Shown piece by piece: positions 1-9,927 of a stretch of 64,000 bases of DNA. Under the pieces are notes generated by a model, which was given only the letters and a program-made list of their open reading frames with translations, did no database searches and had not been told where the DNA came from. This DNA comes from a virus (taxonomy: Duplodnaviria; Caudoviricetes). The stretch is taken from positions 1 through 64,000 of IMG/VR virus record IMGVR_UViG_3300028531_000001; one strand, written 5' to 3'. The translations under genes and the position numbers were made by a program. Each line of letters begins with the position of its first letter. Positions within the stretch are counted from its first letter, which is position 1.

Positions 1-6
1 GCCGAG

Positions 7-339
7 ATGGGGCAGGCCGTCGCCGACGTGACGACCCCGGTCGACGCCGACCTCGCGGGCATCCTCCCCGGCCAGATCCCCGAGTTCCTGAGCCGGGTCC
101 GCCTGCACACGCTGAAGGCCGCCCGGGCCGCCTGGACGAGGGTCGACATCCAGGAGCAGGACTACTCCGAGAAGTTCTCGCAACTCGGCGACCGGATCGA
201 CAAGCAGATCGAGGACCTCGTGGCGGAACTCTCCCCGGAGGCCGCCGCCGAGGCCGCCCAGGGGGGATACCCCCGCGTCGGCGAGATCAAGGCCGGGACC
301 TGCGACTACCGGGTCTGGCCGCCGGGCCTGTTCCGCTGA
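7..339 (+). CDS. Putative head-tail adaptor/neck protein (may start upstream of the window)
   Basis: Helical ~110-aa ORF directly before a head-closure-like gene; position only. Confidence 0.45.
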   Translation: MGQAVADVTTPVDADLAGILPGQIPEFLSRVRLHTLKAARAAWTRVDIQEQDYSEKFSQLGDRIDKQIEDLVAELSPEAAAEAAQGGYPRVGEIKAGTCDYRVWPPGLFR

Positions 340-368
340 CCGACCCGCCCTAACCCACGGAGCCGGCC

Positions 369-731
369 ATGCCCGTCTCGGACCTTCTCGGCGAGGTGGT
401 CGCGATCCAGTTCAACCCCGACGCCCAGGCCGGGGCGATGGGCGGGCCGAAGGACGACTGGCAGCCCGTCGCGGGCAAGGAGTCGGTCCGGGTCTCGCTC
501 CGCGAGCAGAAGCCCACCGAGACGGACCTCGCCGTCGCCGCCTCGCGCGAGTACGTCGAGCGGACCTTCACCGCCCGCTTCGACACGCCGCAGGACCTGA
601 CCTCGCAGCACCGCCTGGCGTGGGACGACCCGGTCACGGGCCGCGTGCGATACCTCAAGGTCGAGGGGCCGCCCCGCCACGGGCGCCACGCCGGCCAGTG
701 GGTCGCGGTGGTGACCGAGATGGCCCAGTAA
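369..731 (+). CDS. Putative head closure (head-tail joining) protein
   Basis: 120 aa beta-rich; 'RTFTARFDTPQDLTSQHRLAWDD...RYLKVEG' pattern typical of SPP1 gp16/lambda FII-like proteins. Confidence 0.6.
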   Translation: MPVSDLLGEVVAIQFNPDAQAGAMGGPKDDWQPVAGKESVRVSLREQKPTETDLAVAASREYVERTFTARFDTPQDLTSQHRLAWDDPVTGRVRYLKVEGPPRHGRHAGQWVAVVTEMAQ

Positions 732-817
732 CGCAACGCATCGCCGCGTGAACGCTCTTTGACATCCCGAACGATCGAACGAACGCGACCGGCGGTGCCG
801 GGCCGGGGAGGGTACGC

Positions 818-3800
818 ATGCCGCAACTCGGGATGAACTTGCAGTGGTGGGACCAGCTCTACCCGATCCGCTACTCGGCCGACATCATCGCCGGGCACAT
901 CACGTCGAACGACCTGCTTCGGCGGCAGACGGTGCTCACCGAGGCCCACGTCGCCGGGTCGGGCGTCTTCAAGGTCGCCGACCTCGACCCGCTGCTCGAC
1001 CAGTACCGCTACACCGGCCACGGCTACACGACCGGCGACACGATCTGGGTCGGCAACCCCGGCTCGGCCGAGAAGTGGCAGTTCCGGCACCGGGCCCTGC
1101 CCCGCACCAACGAGCTCTACTTCCGCGAGCACGTCTCGGGGGCCGACGCCGACTTCCCGGCCGGGAGCGTGATCTGGGCGGCCCGCGGCGGGGCACCCTG
1201 GACCAACTCGCAGTTCCACCCCGCCGAGCCCGAATACGTCAAGGGCGGCCGACGCACCGGGTTCCCGGCCGGGCTGCACGCCGGCCAGATCTACCGCGGC
1301 CAGTGCAACGCCCAGCGGTACACCAACCTCGGCCTGCACACGATCACCGCCCGGGGCACCGGCACGCTCCGCGTCAGCACCGTCGGCGTGACGCCCCAAC
1401 TCTACAAGACGCTCAACTTCATCGAGGGCGTCCCGCAGGGCGACCCCACGTTCACGCTGGACGAGTCGCAGTTCGCCAACAACGACCCGAAATACACCCT
1501 CGCGCTGATCGTCGAGGTGACCGCCTCGGCCTTCCCGTCGGAGGGCGTCGAGCCGTTCCACGACTTGAGAATCATCGCCCCGGACCCCGCAGAGCACACC
1601 GGCCCGTCTTCCGTCTCGCTCTACGCGGCCAACGCGTCGGACCCGGATTACTTCCTCTTCCGCCAGGACGCGGTCCGCATCCACGAGCCGTTCTCGCCGC
1701 TGCGGATCATCCAGCCCTACGGCACCGACGCGGGCATCGACGTGACCACCTGGGCCTCCCGCCCGGTCCCGACGCAGGGCTTCGGGGCGGTCTCGTCCAA
1801 GGGCATCCCGGTCGAGTGGTTCGTCAAGTTCGCCAACGCGTGCAACTCGGACTTCTGGATCGACATCCCCCACCGGGCCACGCTCGACTACTGCGAGGGG
1901 CTGGCCGCCTACGTCCGCGACAACCTCAACCCCGGCCTCAAGTGCTGGGTGGCCGCGGGCAACGAGAGCTGGAACTTCGCGAATCCCTGGGTCTTCGGGA
2001 TGCGCTACTACTGCGCGAAGTTCGTCGAGGACATCTCGGGCACGACCATCACCCGCTCGGGCACGGCCGCGACCGCCGTCCGCAAGACCGCCCACGGCCT
2101 CGCCCCCGGCGACACGGTGACGGTCACGCAGTCGCTCGACGCCAACTTCAACGGCGAATTCGAGGTCCTCTCGACCCCCAACTCCACGACGTTCACCTAC
2201 GCGGTTGCCAACACCGGGCCGACCACGGCGACCCCCCGAGTCGACCGCGAGATCGTCAGCTACAAGATTGAAGCGGCGACCAAGACGCTGCCCGAGGCGA
2301 GCCTCAACTGGCAGTACAACGGGTCGCTCACGATCTCGATCCCGAACTTCCTGGCCACGCTCACGGACGCCAACCCCGAGGTCACGCTCGGCACCCTCGG
2401 CACGGACTCGACGTGGTACTTCCGGTCGGGCGACCTGGTGCTGCTGTCGAACTTCGTCGAGCCCGAGGCCAACGGGTTCTACTGGTTCGACCTGAGCGCC
2501 AGCACCGGGACGGCGACCTTCACCCTGCCGCCCCGCACCAAGCAGGGCCTGCCCCCGCTATCCTTCGGCGCCAACCAGATGGCCACGCGGGACGGCACGT
2601 TCAAGATCAGGCAGGTGATCTACAACAACGTCTCGCGGGCCGCCGACTCCGAGGTCGTCGGCGACGCAGCGATGCGATATCAGAGCCGGATCGGCAAGGT
2701 GTTCGCCGACGCGATGCAGGCGATCGCCCCCGGCAAGATCGTCCCCCAGAACAGCACCGGCGTCTACACGCCCGAGGCCACGATCGAGAAGATGGTCCTC
2801 GAGCTGAAGGCGGGCGGCAGCACCGTCCCGGCCGGCCAGCGGATGGGCTCGGCCCCGTACTTCCAGGCCAGCGGCACGCATGCGACCGACATCGGCAAGC
2901 TCACCGGCTCGATCCGGGCGGTCTCCGCGACGTTCTTCACCTCGGCCGGCGGGCTCGCCACCGCCACCCTGAACTACGACCACGGCCTCACGACGGGCGA
3001 CTCCCTCTCAATCCAGAACGCCGCGGCCCCCGAATACTGCGGAGTCGTCCAGGTCACGGTCACCGGGGCCAGGACGTTCACCTACCCGATCTCCGGAAGC
3101 CCGGCGAGCCCGGCCCTGGCGATCGGCGGGACGTCCGGCAACCCCGGATCGATCTGGATCAGCCGGGCGACCACCGCGTTCCGCGAGCTCACCTCGCTGA
3201 CGCGGTCGGGGGCCTCGGAACTGACGGCCGTCTCCCGCAACCACGGGTACGAGGCCGGCGACGTGATCCGTTTCGGCGGCATCCGGCCCCGGTCCTACGC
3301 GGGCGACCGCACGGTCACCTGGGCCGACGCCGACTCGTTCAAGGTCGCGGTCCCGAGCGGCCTGCCGGACCCCGTGCCCGAGGACTGGAGCACGGTCGGC
3401 GGGACGGGGCGACGCATCTACACGTTCCGGACCGCTACGCTGACGCAGATGTTTGCGGATATGACGCACTACATCGACGTCACGCTCCGGGGCCGGCTCA
3501 CCACGCAGGAGGCGATCTTCGCACGCGAGGGGATCGCCCACTCGTGCTACGAGGGGGGCCACCACCTCACCAACTCGACCGGGGTCAATCACAACGGCCT
3601 GATCTCGCTCTACAACGACGTCAGCGACGACCCCAGGTTCCTCGACCTGATGGACCTGTGGTGGGAGATGGAGGCCGACGCCGGCGTCGAGTCGCAGAAC
3701 TGGTTCAAGATCATCGGCTATCACATGGACGAGAACTGGGGTCTGCTCAGGTCGATGTGGGACGCCGAGTCAATCAAGTACCCGAAGGCCCTGGCGATGG

Positions 3801-3898
3801 CGGCCGGCGGCGGGCCCGACCCCGACCCGCCCGCCGATTTCGCGTGCCTGATCCCCTGGGGCGACGGCCAACTGCTCCGGCTGGCTTACACGAACTGA
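818..3898 (+). CDS. Large virion-associated protein with glycoside-hydrolase-like (clan GH-A-like) barrel and four inserted beta-barrel repeats
   Basis: Motifs WIDIPH...GNESWN, APYF, YEGGHH; repeats HGLxxGD-x-V at 2093, 2420, 2981, 3242; SD GGAGGG upstream. Confidence 0.6.
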   Translation: MPQLGMNLQWWDQLYPIRYSADIIAGHITSNDLLRRQTVLTEAHVAGSGVFKVADLDPLLDQYRYTGHGYTTGDTIWVGNPGSAEKWQFRHRALPRTNELYFREHVSGADADFPAGSVIWAARGGAPWTNSQFHPAEPEYVKGGRRTGFPAGLHAGQIYRGQCNAQRYTNLGLHTITARGTGTLRVSTVGVTPQLYKTLNFIEGVPQGDPTFTLDESQFANNDPKYTLALIVEVTASAFPSEGVEPFHDLRIIAPDPAEHTGPSSVSLYAANASDPDYFLFRQDAVRIHEPFSPLRIIQPYGTDAGIDVTTWASRPVPTQGFGAVSSKGIPVEWFVKFANACNSDFWIDIPHRATLDYCEGLAAYVRDNLNPGLKCWVAAGNESWNFANPWVFGMRYYCAKFVEDISGTTITRSGTAATAVRKTAHGLAPGDTVTVTQSLDANFNGEFEVLSTPNSTTFTYAVANTGPTTATPRVDREIVSYKIEAATKTLPEASLNWQYNGSLTISIPNFLATLTDANPEVTLGTLGTDSTWYFRSGDLVLLSNFVEPEANGFYWFDLSASTGTATFTLPPRTKQGLPPLSFGANQMATRDGTFKIRQVIYNNVSRAADSEVVGDAAMRYQSRIGKVFADAMQAIAPGKIVPQNSTGVYTPEATIEKMVLELKAGGSTVPAGQRMGSAPYFQASGTHATDIGKLTGSIRAVSATFFTSAGGLATATLNYDHGLTTGDSLSIQNAAAPEYCGVVQVTVTGARTFTYPISGSPASPALAIGGTSGNPGSIWISRATTAFRELTSLTRSGASELTAVSRNHGYEAGDVIRFGGIRPRSYAGDRTVTWADADSFKVAVPSGLPDPVPEDWSTVGGTGRRIYTFRTATLTQMFADMTHYIDVTLRGRLTTQEAIFAREGIAHSCYEGGHHLTNSTGVNHNGLISLYNDVSDDPRFLDLMDLWWEMEADAGVESQNWFKIIGYHMDENWGLLRSMWDAESIKYPKALAMAAGGGPDPDPPADFACLIPWGDGQLLRLAYTN

Positions 3899-3907
3899 GG
3901 AACACCC

Positions 3908-5212
3908 ATGCCTCCCACAATCCACCGGGTCGTCACCAGGATCGGCCAGCTCGACGTCACCGGCTCGCCTTCCGACGGCCAGGTCCTCACATGGGACGAC
4001 GCGACGAGCCGCTGGGTCCCCGAGACCCCCACCGCCGCCTCGGCCGCGATCGGCGGGGCGGTCGGGGGCACCCCGGCGACCAACCAGATCCTCTACGTCA
4101 ACGGCTCGGGCAACCTCGCCCAGGGCGGCCCCGCGGTCGTCTCGGGTGTGCTCTCCAGCCCCGGGGCCGGCACCGACTCGCAGGCGTTCGGGGCCGGGGC
4201 CGTCGCCGCGGGGACCGACTCTATCGCGGTCGCCGGGTCGGTCGCAGGGAGCCGGTCGATCGCCATCGGCCGCGGGGCGGCCTCGGGGAGCGCGACCAAC
4301 GACTCGGTCTCCATCGGCCAGAACGTCTCGATGGCCGCGGACTGCTCGCAGTCGGTCGCCATCGGCCAGAACGCCTCGACCTCGCAGTATGGCGGTTCCG
4401 CGGTCGTGATCGGAGCCCTGGCCCGGAGTTCGACCAATTCCACGGTGGCGGTCGGGTACAGTTCGGTCTGCGGCGGGGTCGGTTCCTCGGCCATCGGCCG
4501 GGCCGCGTACAACGTCGTCGCCAACAGCGTCGTCTTCGGCGCGCAGTCGGTGTCCCTCGGCGGCGGGGTCCCGTTCCACGCTGCGGCTTATGTCAACAAG
4601 ATGGTCATCGGCCGGGGCCACGTCGACCCGTCTCCCGTGGCGGCCGTCGCCTACACGACCACCGGCGGGGTCGGCACCGACATCGGCGGCTCGGACGTGA
4701 TCCTGGCCGGCGGGATCAGCACCGGCCTCGGCTCGACCGTCAACGCCCGCGGCGGGGCCGTGCGGCTCCAGACCGCACCCAGGGCCCTGGCGACCGGCTC
4801 CACCGCCGGGACGCTGGTCGACCGAGTGGTCGTCGCCCCCGACAAGACGCTAGCCAACAACACGAACCACGCGGTCGCCACCGTCGCCCTCCCCGCTGGG
4901 GGCCGTGCCGGCCTGACCCTGAAGTGGTCGGTCGAGTCCACCGACGGGACCGACTTCCAGGTCTCCAGCGGGCTGACCACGCTCTCGATGGTCAATAAGG
5001 CCGGCACCCTGACCAAGACGGTCTCCGGGGCCTCGGCCGCCTCGTCGGCCCTGTCCTCCGGGACGCTGGGGGTCTTCTTCGACGTCGGCCTGGCCTCGAA
5101 CGTGGCCACCATCACCTGCAACGCGAACAGCTCGCTCACGCCGAGCACGGGCTACCCCCGGCTCCACCTCGTCCTCGAGAACAACTCGACCCAGGCGGTC
5201 GCCCTCGTCTAA
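3908..5212 (+). CDS. Tail fibre/adhesin-like protein with YadA-head-like repeats
   Basis: ~14-aa repeats 'S(I/V)AIG..A' across ~4170-4550; N-terminal 'PSDGQVLTWD' fibre motif. Confidence 0.65.
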   Translation: MPPTIHRVVTRIGQLDVTGSPSDGQVLTWDDATSRWVPETPTAASAAIGGAVGGTPATNQILYVNGSGNLAQGGPAVVSGVLSSPGAGTDSQAFGAGAVAAGTDSIAVAGSVAGSRSIAIGRGAASGSATNDSVSIGQNVSMAADCSQSVAIGQNASTSQYGGSAVVIGALARSSTNSTVAVGYSSVCGGVGSSAIGRAAYNVVANSVVFGAQSVSLGGGVPFHAAAYVNKMVIGRGHVDPSPVAAVAYTTTGGVGTDIGGSDVILAGGISTGLGSTVNARGGAVRLQTAPRALATGSTAGTLVDRVVVAPDKTLANNTNHAVATVALPAGGRAGLTLKWSVESTDGTDFQVSSGLTTLSMVNKAGTLTKTVSGASAASSALSSGTLGVFFDVGLASNVATITCNANSSLTPSTGYPRLHLVLENNSTQAVALV

Positions 5213-5226
5213 GGAGTCAACCCAGC

Positions 5227-5613
5227 ATGGCCTTTTTGAAGCCTTACCGAGACGGCAGCACGGGCGAGATCATCCCCGAGAGCTACTGGCGGGCGACCGA
5301 CCAGCGGATCGTCAACCGGCTGCACGAGCCCAACCAGCAGTACGCCGAGATCGTCTTCGAGGGGTTCGCCAGCCCCGGGGCGTTCGCCGCCGGCCTCAAG
5401 CCGCTGGCCGACGCCCGCAAGGTCTACTACGTCACCGGCCAGCCGTTCGCGGACATCGCCGGGGCCCCGGCGGTCGGCGAGACGCAGTACGACGCCAACG
5501 CCAACATGCTCGAGGACGCCGCCCTGTCGATCCTCGACACCGACTCGGGCGAGCCCGACGAGGACGGCAACCCGGTCATGGTCAGCTTCTTCCACGACGC
5601 TATCCAGGTCTGA
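5227..5613 (+). CDS. Hypothetical protein (possible fibre assembly chaperone)
   Basis: 128 aa, SD AGGAG, directly after the fibre gene. Confidence 0.5.
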   Translation: MAFLKPYRDGSTGEIIPESYWRATDQRIVNRLHEPNQQYAEIVFEGFASPGAFAAGLKPLADARKVYYVTGQPFADIAGAPAVGETQYDANANMLEDAALSILDTDSGEPDEDGNPVMVSFFHDAIQV

Positions 5614-5659
5614 CGATCGAGGCCGACTTCCAATTCCCGACCAGCCCCAGGGGTGACTC

Positions 5660-6901
5660 ATGGCTTACAGTTTGACGATCGCGATCGACGCCAGGGCCAC
5701 CGGGCTCACCCTCAAGGGGCGATTCTTCGACGGCACGGGCGCGGTCGGATCCGAGATCACGACGGGCTTCACCGCCGACGCTGCGGGCGGCTACCTCTGG
5801 AAGGGCGACTCCCCCAGCGACACCTTCGCCGGGAAGTTCGTCGCCTACACCGGGACGCTGGGCGAGGCCACGAAGATCGGCGAGACGCCCGTCACGCCGG
5901 CCTCGGCCGACTTCGCCCAGTCGGACATCCGCAAGGTCAACGGCTCGAACGTCGGGAGTTCGGCCGACCCGATCCCCGCGGAACTGACCGAGGCCGACCA
6001 CGAGGCCATCGCCGCGGAAGTCTGGGCCGCCACCACCAGGTCGCTGACCGACAAGGCGGGGTTCGCCCCCACCGCCGCGGCCGTCCGCACCGAGATCGAC
6101 ACCAACAGCACGAAGCTCGACGTGGCCGTCTCCACCCGCTCCACCTTCTCCGGGGGTGCCGTCGCGTCGGTCATCGCCCCCGTGACGGTCGGGACCAACA
6201 ACGACAAGACGGGGTACACCGCATCGGTCAACGGGACGGTCGTCCTCGCAGCATCGCAGCCGAACTACGCACCCGCGAAGGCCGGCGACGCCATGACGCT
6301 GACCTCCGCCTACGCCGGGGCCGCTTCCCTGGCCGGCATGATCACCGGCGGGGCGTTCACCGGGGCGGCACTCATCAACACCCCGAACGGCGGCGGCGGG
6401 GGCGGCAGCGTGATCGTCTCCGGCTATGCCGAGGGCATGAGCCCGGCCGAGCAGATCCTGGTCACGCCGGCCAACCCGATCGACACCGACGCCAGCGGCC
6501 ACGTCACCGCGACCAACGGCGGGAGCGGCGGCCCGACCGTCGACCAGATCGCGGCCCGACTCTTCGTCGAGGCGGACCACAAGCTCGACGTGGCCAGCGG
6601 CGGCGGGATCAAGGTCTCCCCGGGCGGGATCACCCCGGCCAGCTACGCCGGGCTCGGCACGCCGGGGACGGTGGCCGGCTCCCCCAGCCCGGCCGCATCG
6701 GGATTCACCGGGTCGTCGGGCTTGGCAGCCGTCGCCAACTTCCACACCGGGGCCTTCCTGCAATTCTCCACCGGGTCGCTCGCGGGCCAGTCCCGCAAGG
6801 TCACCGGCTACTCGTCGGCCCGGGCTCTGTCCTTCGAGACGCCGTTCACCTCGGCCCCGTCGGCGGGCGACGCGTTCGTGATCCTGGGCCGCTCGGAGTA
6901 A
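5660..6901 (+). CDS. Putative virion structural protein (Ala/Gly/Thr-rich)
   Basis: 413 aa, strong GC3 bias, 'VWAATTRSLTDKAGF' and 'VGTNNDKTGY' motifs, poly-Gly linker. Confidence 0.55.
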   Translation: MAYSLTIAIDARATGLTLKGRFFDGTGAVGSEITTGFTADAAGGYLWKGDSPSDTFAGKFVAYTGTLGEATKIGETPVTPASADFAQSDIRKVNGSNVGSSADPIPAELTEADHEAIAAEVWAATTRSLTDKAGFAPTAAAVRTEIDTNSTKLDVAVSTRSTFSGGAVASVIAPVTVGTNNDKTGYTASVNGTVVLAASQPNYAPAKAGDAMTLTSAYAGAASLAGMITGGAFTGAALINTPNGGGGGGSVIVSGYAEGMSPAEQILVTPANPIDTDASGHVTATNGGSGGPTVDQIAARLFVEADHKLDVASGGGIKVSPGGITPASYAGLGTPGTVAGSPSPAASGFTGSSGLAAVANFHTGAFLQFSTGSLAGQSRKVTGYSSARALSFETPFTSAPSAGDAFVILGRSE

Positions 6902-6908
6902 CCCAGCC

Positions 6909-7538
6909 ATGCCGGATCCCGTCCTGTCCGCGTGGTCCTTCGGCCCGGGGCCGGTCACGCCCGCCCCGGAGTCGGGGCCGGGCGGATTCGACCCGATCTT
7001 CGCGTGGCACTTCGGCAAGCCCGCGGCCACCCCGCAACCGCCGGACCTCGCGGGCGGGTTCGACCCGATCCTCGCGTGGTTCTACGGGCCGCCCCCCGCA
7101 GGGCCCGAGCCCGTCCTGCCCATCAACCTCCTGGCCGCGATCCGCGAGTACGCCCTGACGCTCCCGGTCGTCGGCCGCCTGACGGGGGGCTTCCGCACCG
7201 GCATCGCCAGGCGAGGCGGGGTCACGCCCTACGCGGTCATGCGGGTGGAGGGGACCTCGCTCGAAGGCACGACCGCCGACCGCGACCGGCTCCGCGTCAA
7301 CCTGCGGATCTCGGTGTACGACCCCGACTTGGACGAGGCGTCGGAGCTGGGCGAGGAGCTGGCGGACGAGCTCCTGAAGGTCTCATTCCGCTGGAAGCGG
7401 GGCGTCTCGGGCTTCCCGCAGGACCGGGGCCGCGTGCCGTCGGTCGAGGCGGTCCGGGCCCCCGGCGGGTCGCTCGACCTGGCGTGCATGACCCTGCGAT
7501 TCGAGATCCACACGACGAGGGAGAAGCCCGGTGGCTGA
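6909..7538 (+). CDS. Putative tail terminator (DUF3168-like) with Pro/Trp-rich N-terminal extension
   Basis: C-terminal ~140 aa 'PYAVMRVEG...RVNLRISVYD...ELGEELADEL' fold pattern. Confidence 0.55.
   Translation: MPDPVLSAWSFGPGPVTPAPESGPGGFDPIFAWHFGKPAATPQPPDLAGGFDPILAWFYGPPPAGPEPVLPINLLAAIREYALTLPVVGRLTGGFRTGIARRGGVTPYAVMRVEGTSLEGTTADRDRLRVNLRISVYDPDLDEASELGEELADELLKVSFRWKRGVSGFPQDRGRVPSVEAVRAPGGSLDLACMTLRFEIHTTREKPGG
6980..7079 (+). repeat. Two 28-nt direct repeats (period 72) encoding GGFDPI(F/L)AW
   Basis: gggcggattcgacccgatcttcgcgtgg at 6980 and gggcgggttcgacccgatcctcgcgtgg at 7052. Confidence 0.85.
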
Positions 7539-8091
7539 ACCGACGGAATCCGACATCCCGCCGGCCTATCCGGAGCAGCGGCAGAAGGAGGGGGCCAGGG
7601 GCCGGGCGGTGACGCTCGCCGACGGGCGGGAGTGGCTGCTCCACCCGACCTACTTCGAGGCGATCTTCGACGAGGTCCGCGACGAGGTCTTCGACCAGAT
7701 CCACCTGCGGGGACGCGTCGACAAGGAACTCGTCCTGAAGCTCGCGTGGGTCCAGCTCGGATTCAACTACGAGATCACCCAGGCCGAGTTCCTCTTCCTG
7801 GTCAACGCGACCCTCGGCCGCGAGGACCTGAAGGACGGCTTCACGAAGGCCGTTCTGGACCAGGCGATCCTCAACACGAACCAGCAGTGGACCTACTCCG
7901 ACTGGGTCCGCACGGCGTTCTTCGTCGGGGGAGTCGACCCCAGGGCGGCCCACGACCACGACCTGCCCGCCCTGCTCGCCCAGTTGGTCGCGTCCGGTCG
8001 GGTGGCCGACCCTAACCGGTACGTCGCCGCGCTGAAGGCCCGGCAGAAGCGGACCCAACTCGACACGATCGGCCCGCCCCCGGGGGTCTAA
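7531..8091 (+). CDS. Putative tail assembly chaperone
   Basis: GTG start, 186 aa helical, immediately upstream of the tape measure gene. Confidence 0.5.
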   Translation: MAEPTESDIPPAYPEQRQKEGARGRAVTLADGREWLLHPTYFEAIFDEVRDEVFDQIHLRGRVDKELVLKLAWVQLGFNYEITQAEFLFLVNATLGREDLKDGFTKAVLDQAILNTNQQWTYSDWVRTAFFVGGVDPRAAHDHDLPALLAQLVASGRVADPNRYVAALKARQKRTQLDTIGPPPGV

Positions 8092-8103
8092 AGGAGCCAG
8101 GAC

Positions 8104-9927
8104 GTGGCCGACCGCGAGTACGTGATCCGGTACGACACGGCGAACGTGCCGCAGTCGGTCGCCGCGATCAACAGCCTGAAGGCCGCCATCGACGCGCTCG
8201 ACGCGTCGGCATCGAAGAGCAAGAAGTCGCTCGGCGACGTCGGCAAGGCGACCGCCGCGATCGGCAGGACCGACGCCAAGGTCAAGAACCTCACCCAGGA
8301 CCTCGCCGACCTGACGGCCGAGGCGGCGAAGGCGGCGGCGGCCCTCCAGTCGATCAACGGCAACATCGGCAAGGTCGGCAAGTCGGCGACCAGCGCCGGT
8401 GCGTCGATCGGCAAGTTCGTGACGGCCGCGATGGTCGTCTCCGAGGTCAAGCAGGTCTTCGGGGCCGTCGCCGACGAGATGCAGCGGGTCCGCGACTACG
8501 CCCGCGAGACGGCCGAGGAGAACCTGAAACTCTACGACTCGCTGCGGGAACTCCAGAACCTCCGCAAGGAGGGGACGACCGCCGAGACCGCCCCGACCGT
8601 CATGGGGATCATGGCCCGGACGGGCCTCCGCGAGAAGGAGGCCGTCGACCTGCTCGAGTCCTTCGAGGGCTCGTTCCCCGCGGGGCACCAGAAGGGGAAC
8701 ATCCGCCCCGGCGGCGCGGCCGGGCTGAAGGAGGGCGACCCGACGCTGGAAGCCTTCAAGCAGGAGATGGCGATCACCGCGGGCCAGATCGGATTGAAGT
8801 ACGGGATGGACCCGAAGACCTCGGGCGACCTCGCGGGCGTCATGGGCCAGTACATGCCGATCACCTCCAAGGAGGACGTGGCCGGCCAGTTCGCCGCGCT
8901 CTCCTACGCCCTGAACGAGGGCCGCGGCAAGGTCTCGGCCCTGACCAGTTCGTCGGTCGGTCAGGCCGCGTCGCTGATCGGCAACGGCGTGGCCGACCTC
9001 TCGGAGATCGGGGCATTGGTCTCGGTCGGATCGACGATCACCAAGAGCGAGGCAACCGCCGGCACCGAGGTCAAGAGGCTCAATCGCGCCCTGAATCGGG
9101 TGACCGGCAAGGCCGGCGACACGCTCAAGCAGTTCGGCCTGGACAAGGTCGGCAGCGACGTCGAGAAGCTCCGGACCCTGGCCCCGATGATCACCGGCGA
9201 GGGGGGCGACCGCTGGCTCTCCGAGCGAGGATGGGGCGAGCAGGGCGACCGCAAGGCGTTGATCGGATTTGCGAAGAACCTCGACCTGATCGACATCCGG
9301 ACGAAGGACGCGAGGGCCCGGGCCGGGATGGGAGGCCAGGAGATCGCCGCGACCGAGAAATGGATGGCGAACGACCCGGCCGTGGCGGCCCGGATGGGCG
9401 AGAACAGCATCGCGGTGAGCAGGTACATGCGGGGGTTGGAGCAGGAGAACCTCCAGATCGCCCGTAAAAGCGCCGAGGGCCGGTTGCAAAACCCCAATCA
9501 GCCGGGCGGCCCGGGGATCGACACATTCGGGACGGGGACCGGGGACTCCCTCGTGGACTGGTTCACCACGATCGGCGCGCCTACGAGTTGGTTCGACCCG
9601 GCCAACGAAGGGAGCCGGCAGGCCCGGATCGACGTCGAGGCGTCCAGGCAGCTGGCCAAGTCGGCCTCCGACGTCGGGATCGACGTCGAATCCCGCTATC
9701 CGGGCCTGTCCTCCGGGATGGCCACGGGCGGCAAGTCGTTCGCGGAAATCTTCAAGGAACTCTCGCCCGACGTCATCGCCAGGGGCGGCAACCCCTACGG
9801 CGACAACTCCAAGGAAATCCTCAGCGTCCTGAAGGACATTCGCGACCAGGCCAGGCAGCGGGGCGGCGCGAATGCCCCCGGCGGCTTCGGCAACAACGGG
9901 GGCGGGGCCGTCGTGCCCCGACGCTGA
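8104..9927 (+). CDS. Tape measure protein
   Basis: 607 aa, Ala/Gly/Lys-rich helical, N-terminal coiled coil, SD AAGGAG, GTG start. Confidence 0.75.
   Translation: MADREYVIRYDTANVPQSVAAINSLKAAIDALDASASKSKKSLGDVGKATAAIGRTDAKVKNLTQDLADLTAEAAKAAAALQSINGNIGKVGKSATSAGASIGKFVTAAMVVSEVKQVFGAVADEMQRVRDYARETAEENLKLYDSLRELQNLRKEGTTAETAPTVMGIMARTGLREKEAVDLLESFEGSFPAGHQKGNIRPGGAAGLKEGDPTLEAFKQEMAITAGQIGLKYGMDPKTSGDLAGVMGQYMPITSKEDVAGQFAALSYALNEGRGKVSALTSSSVGQAASLIGNGVADLSEIGALVSVGSTITKSEATAGTEVKRLNRALNRVTGKAGDTLKQFGLDKVGSDVEKLRTLAPMITGEGGDRWLSERGWGEQGDRKALIGFAKNLDLIDIRTKDARARAGMGGQEIAATEKWMANDPAVAARMGENSIAVSRYMRGLEQENLQIARKSAEGRLQNPNQPGGPGIDTFGTGTGDSLVDWFTTIGAPTSWFDPANEGSRQARIDVEASRQLAKSASDVGIDVESRYPGLSSGMATGGKSFAEIFKELSPDVIARGGNPYGDNSKEILSVLKDIRDQARQRGGANAPGGFGNNGGGAVVPRR

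Noticed and set aside
759-790. TTGACA upstream of the 1026-aa gene as a promoter
   Set aside because: No -10 at 16-18 bp spacing
7531-8104. Programmed -1 frameshift in the tail chaperone
   Set aside because: No convincing slippery heptamer and no room for a longer product before the TMP
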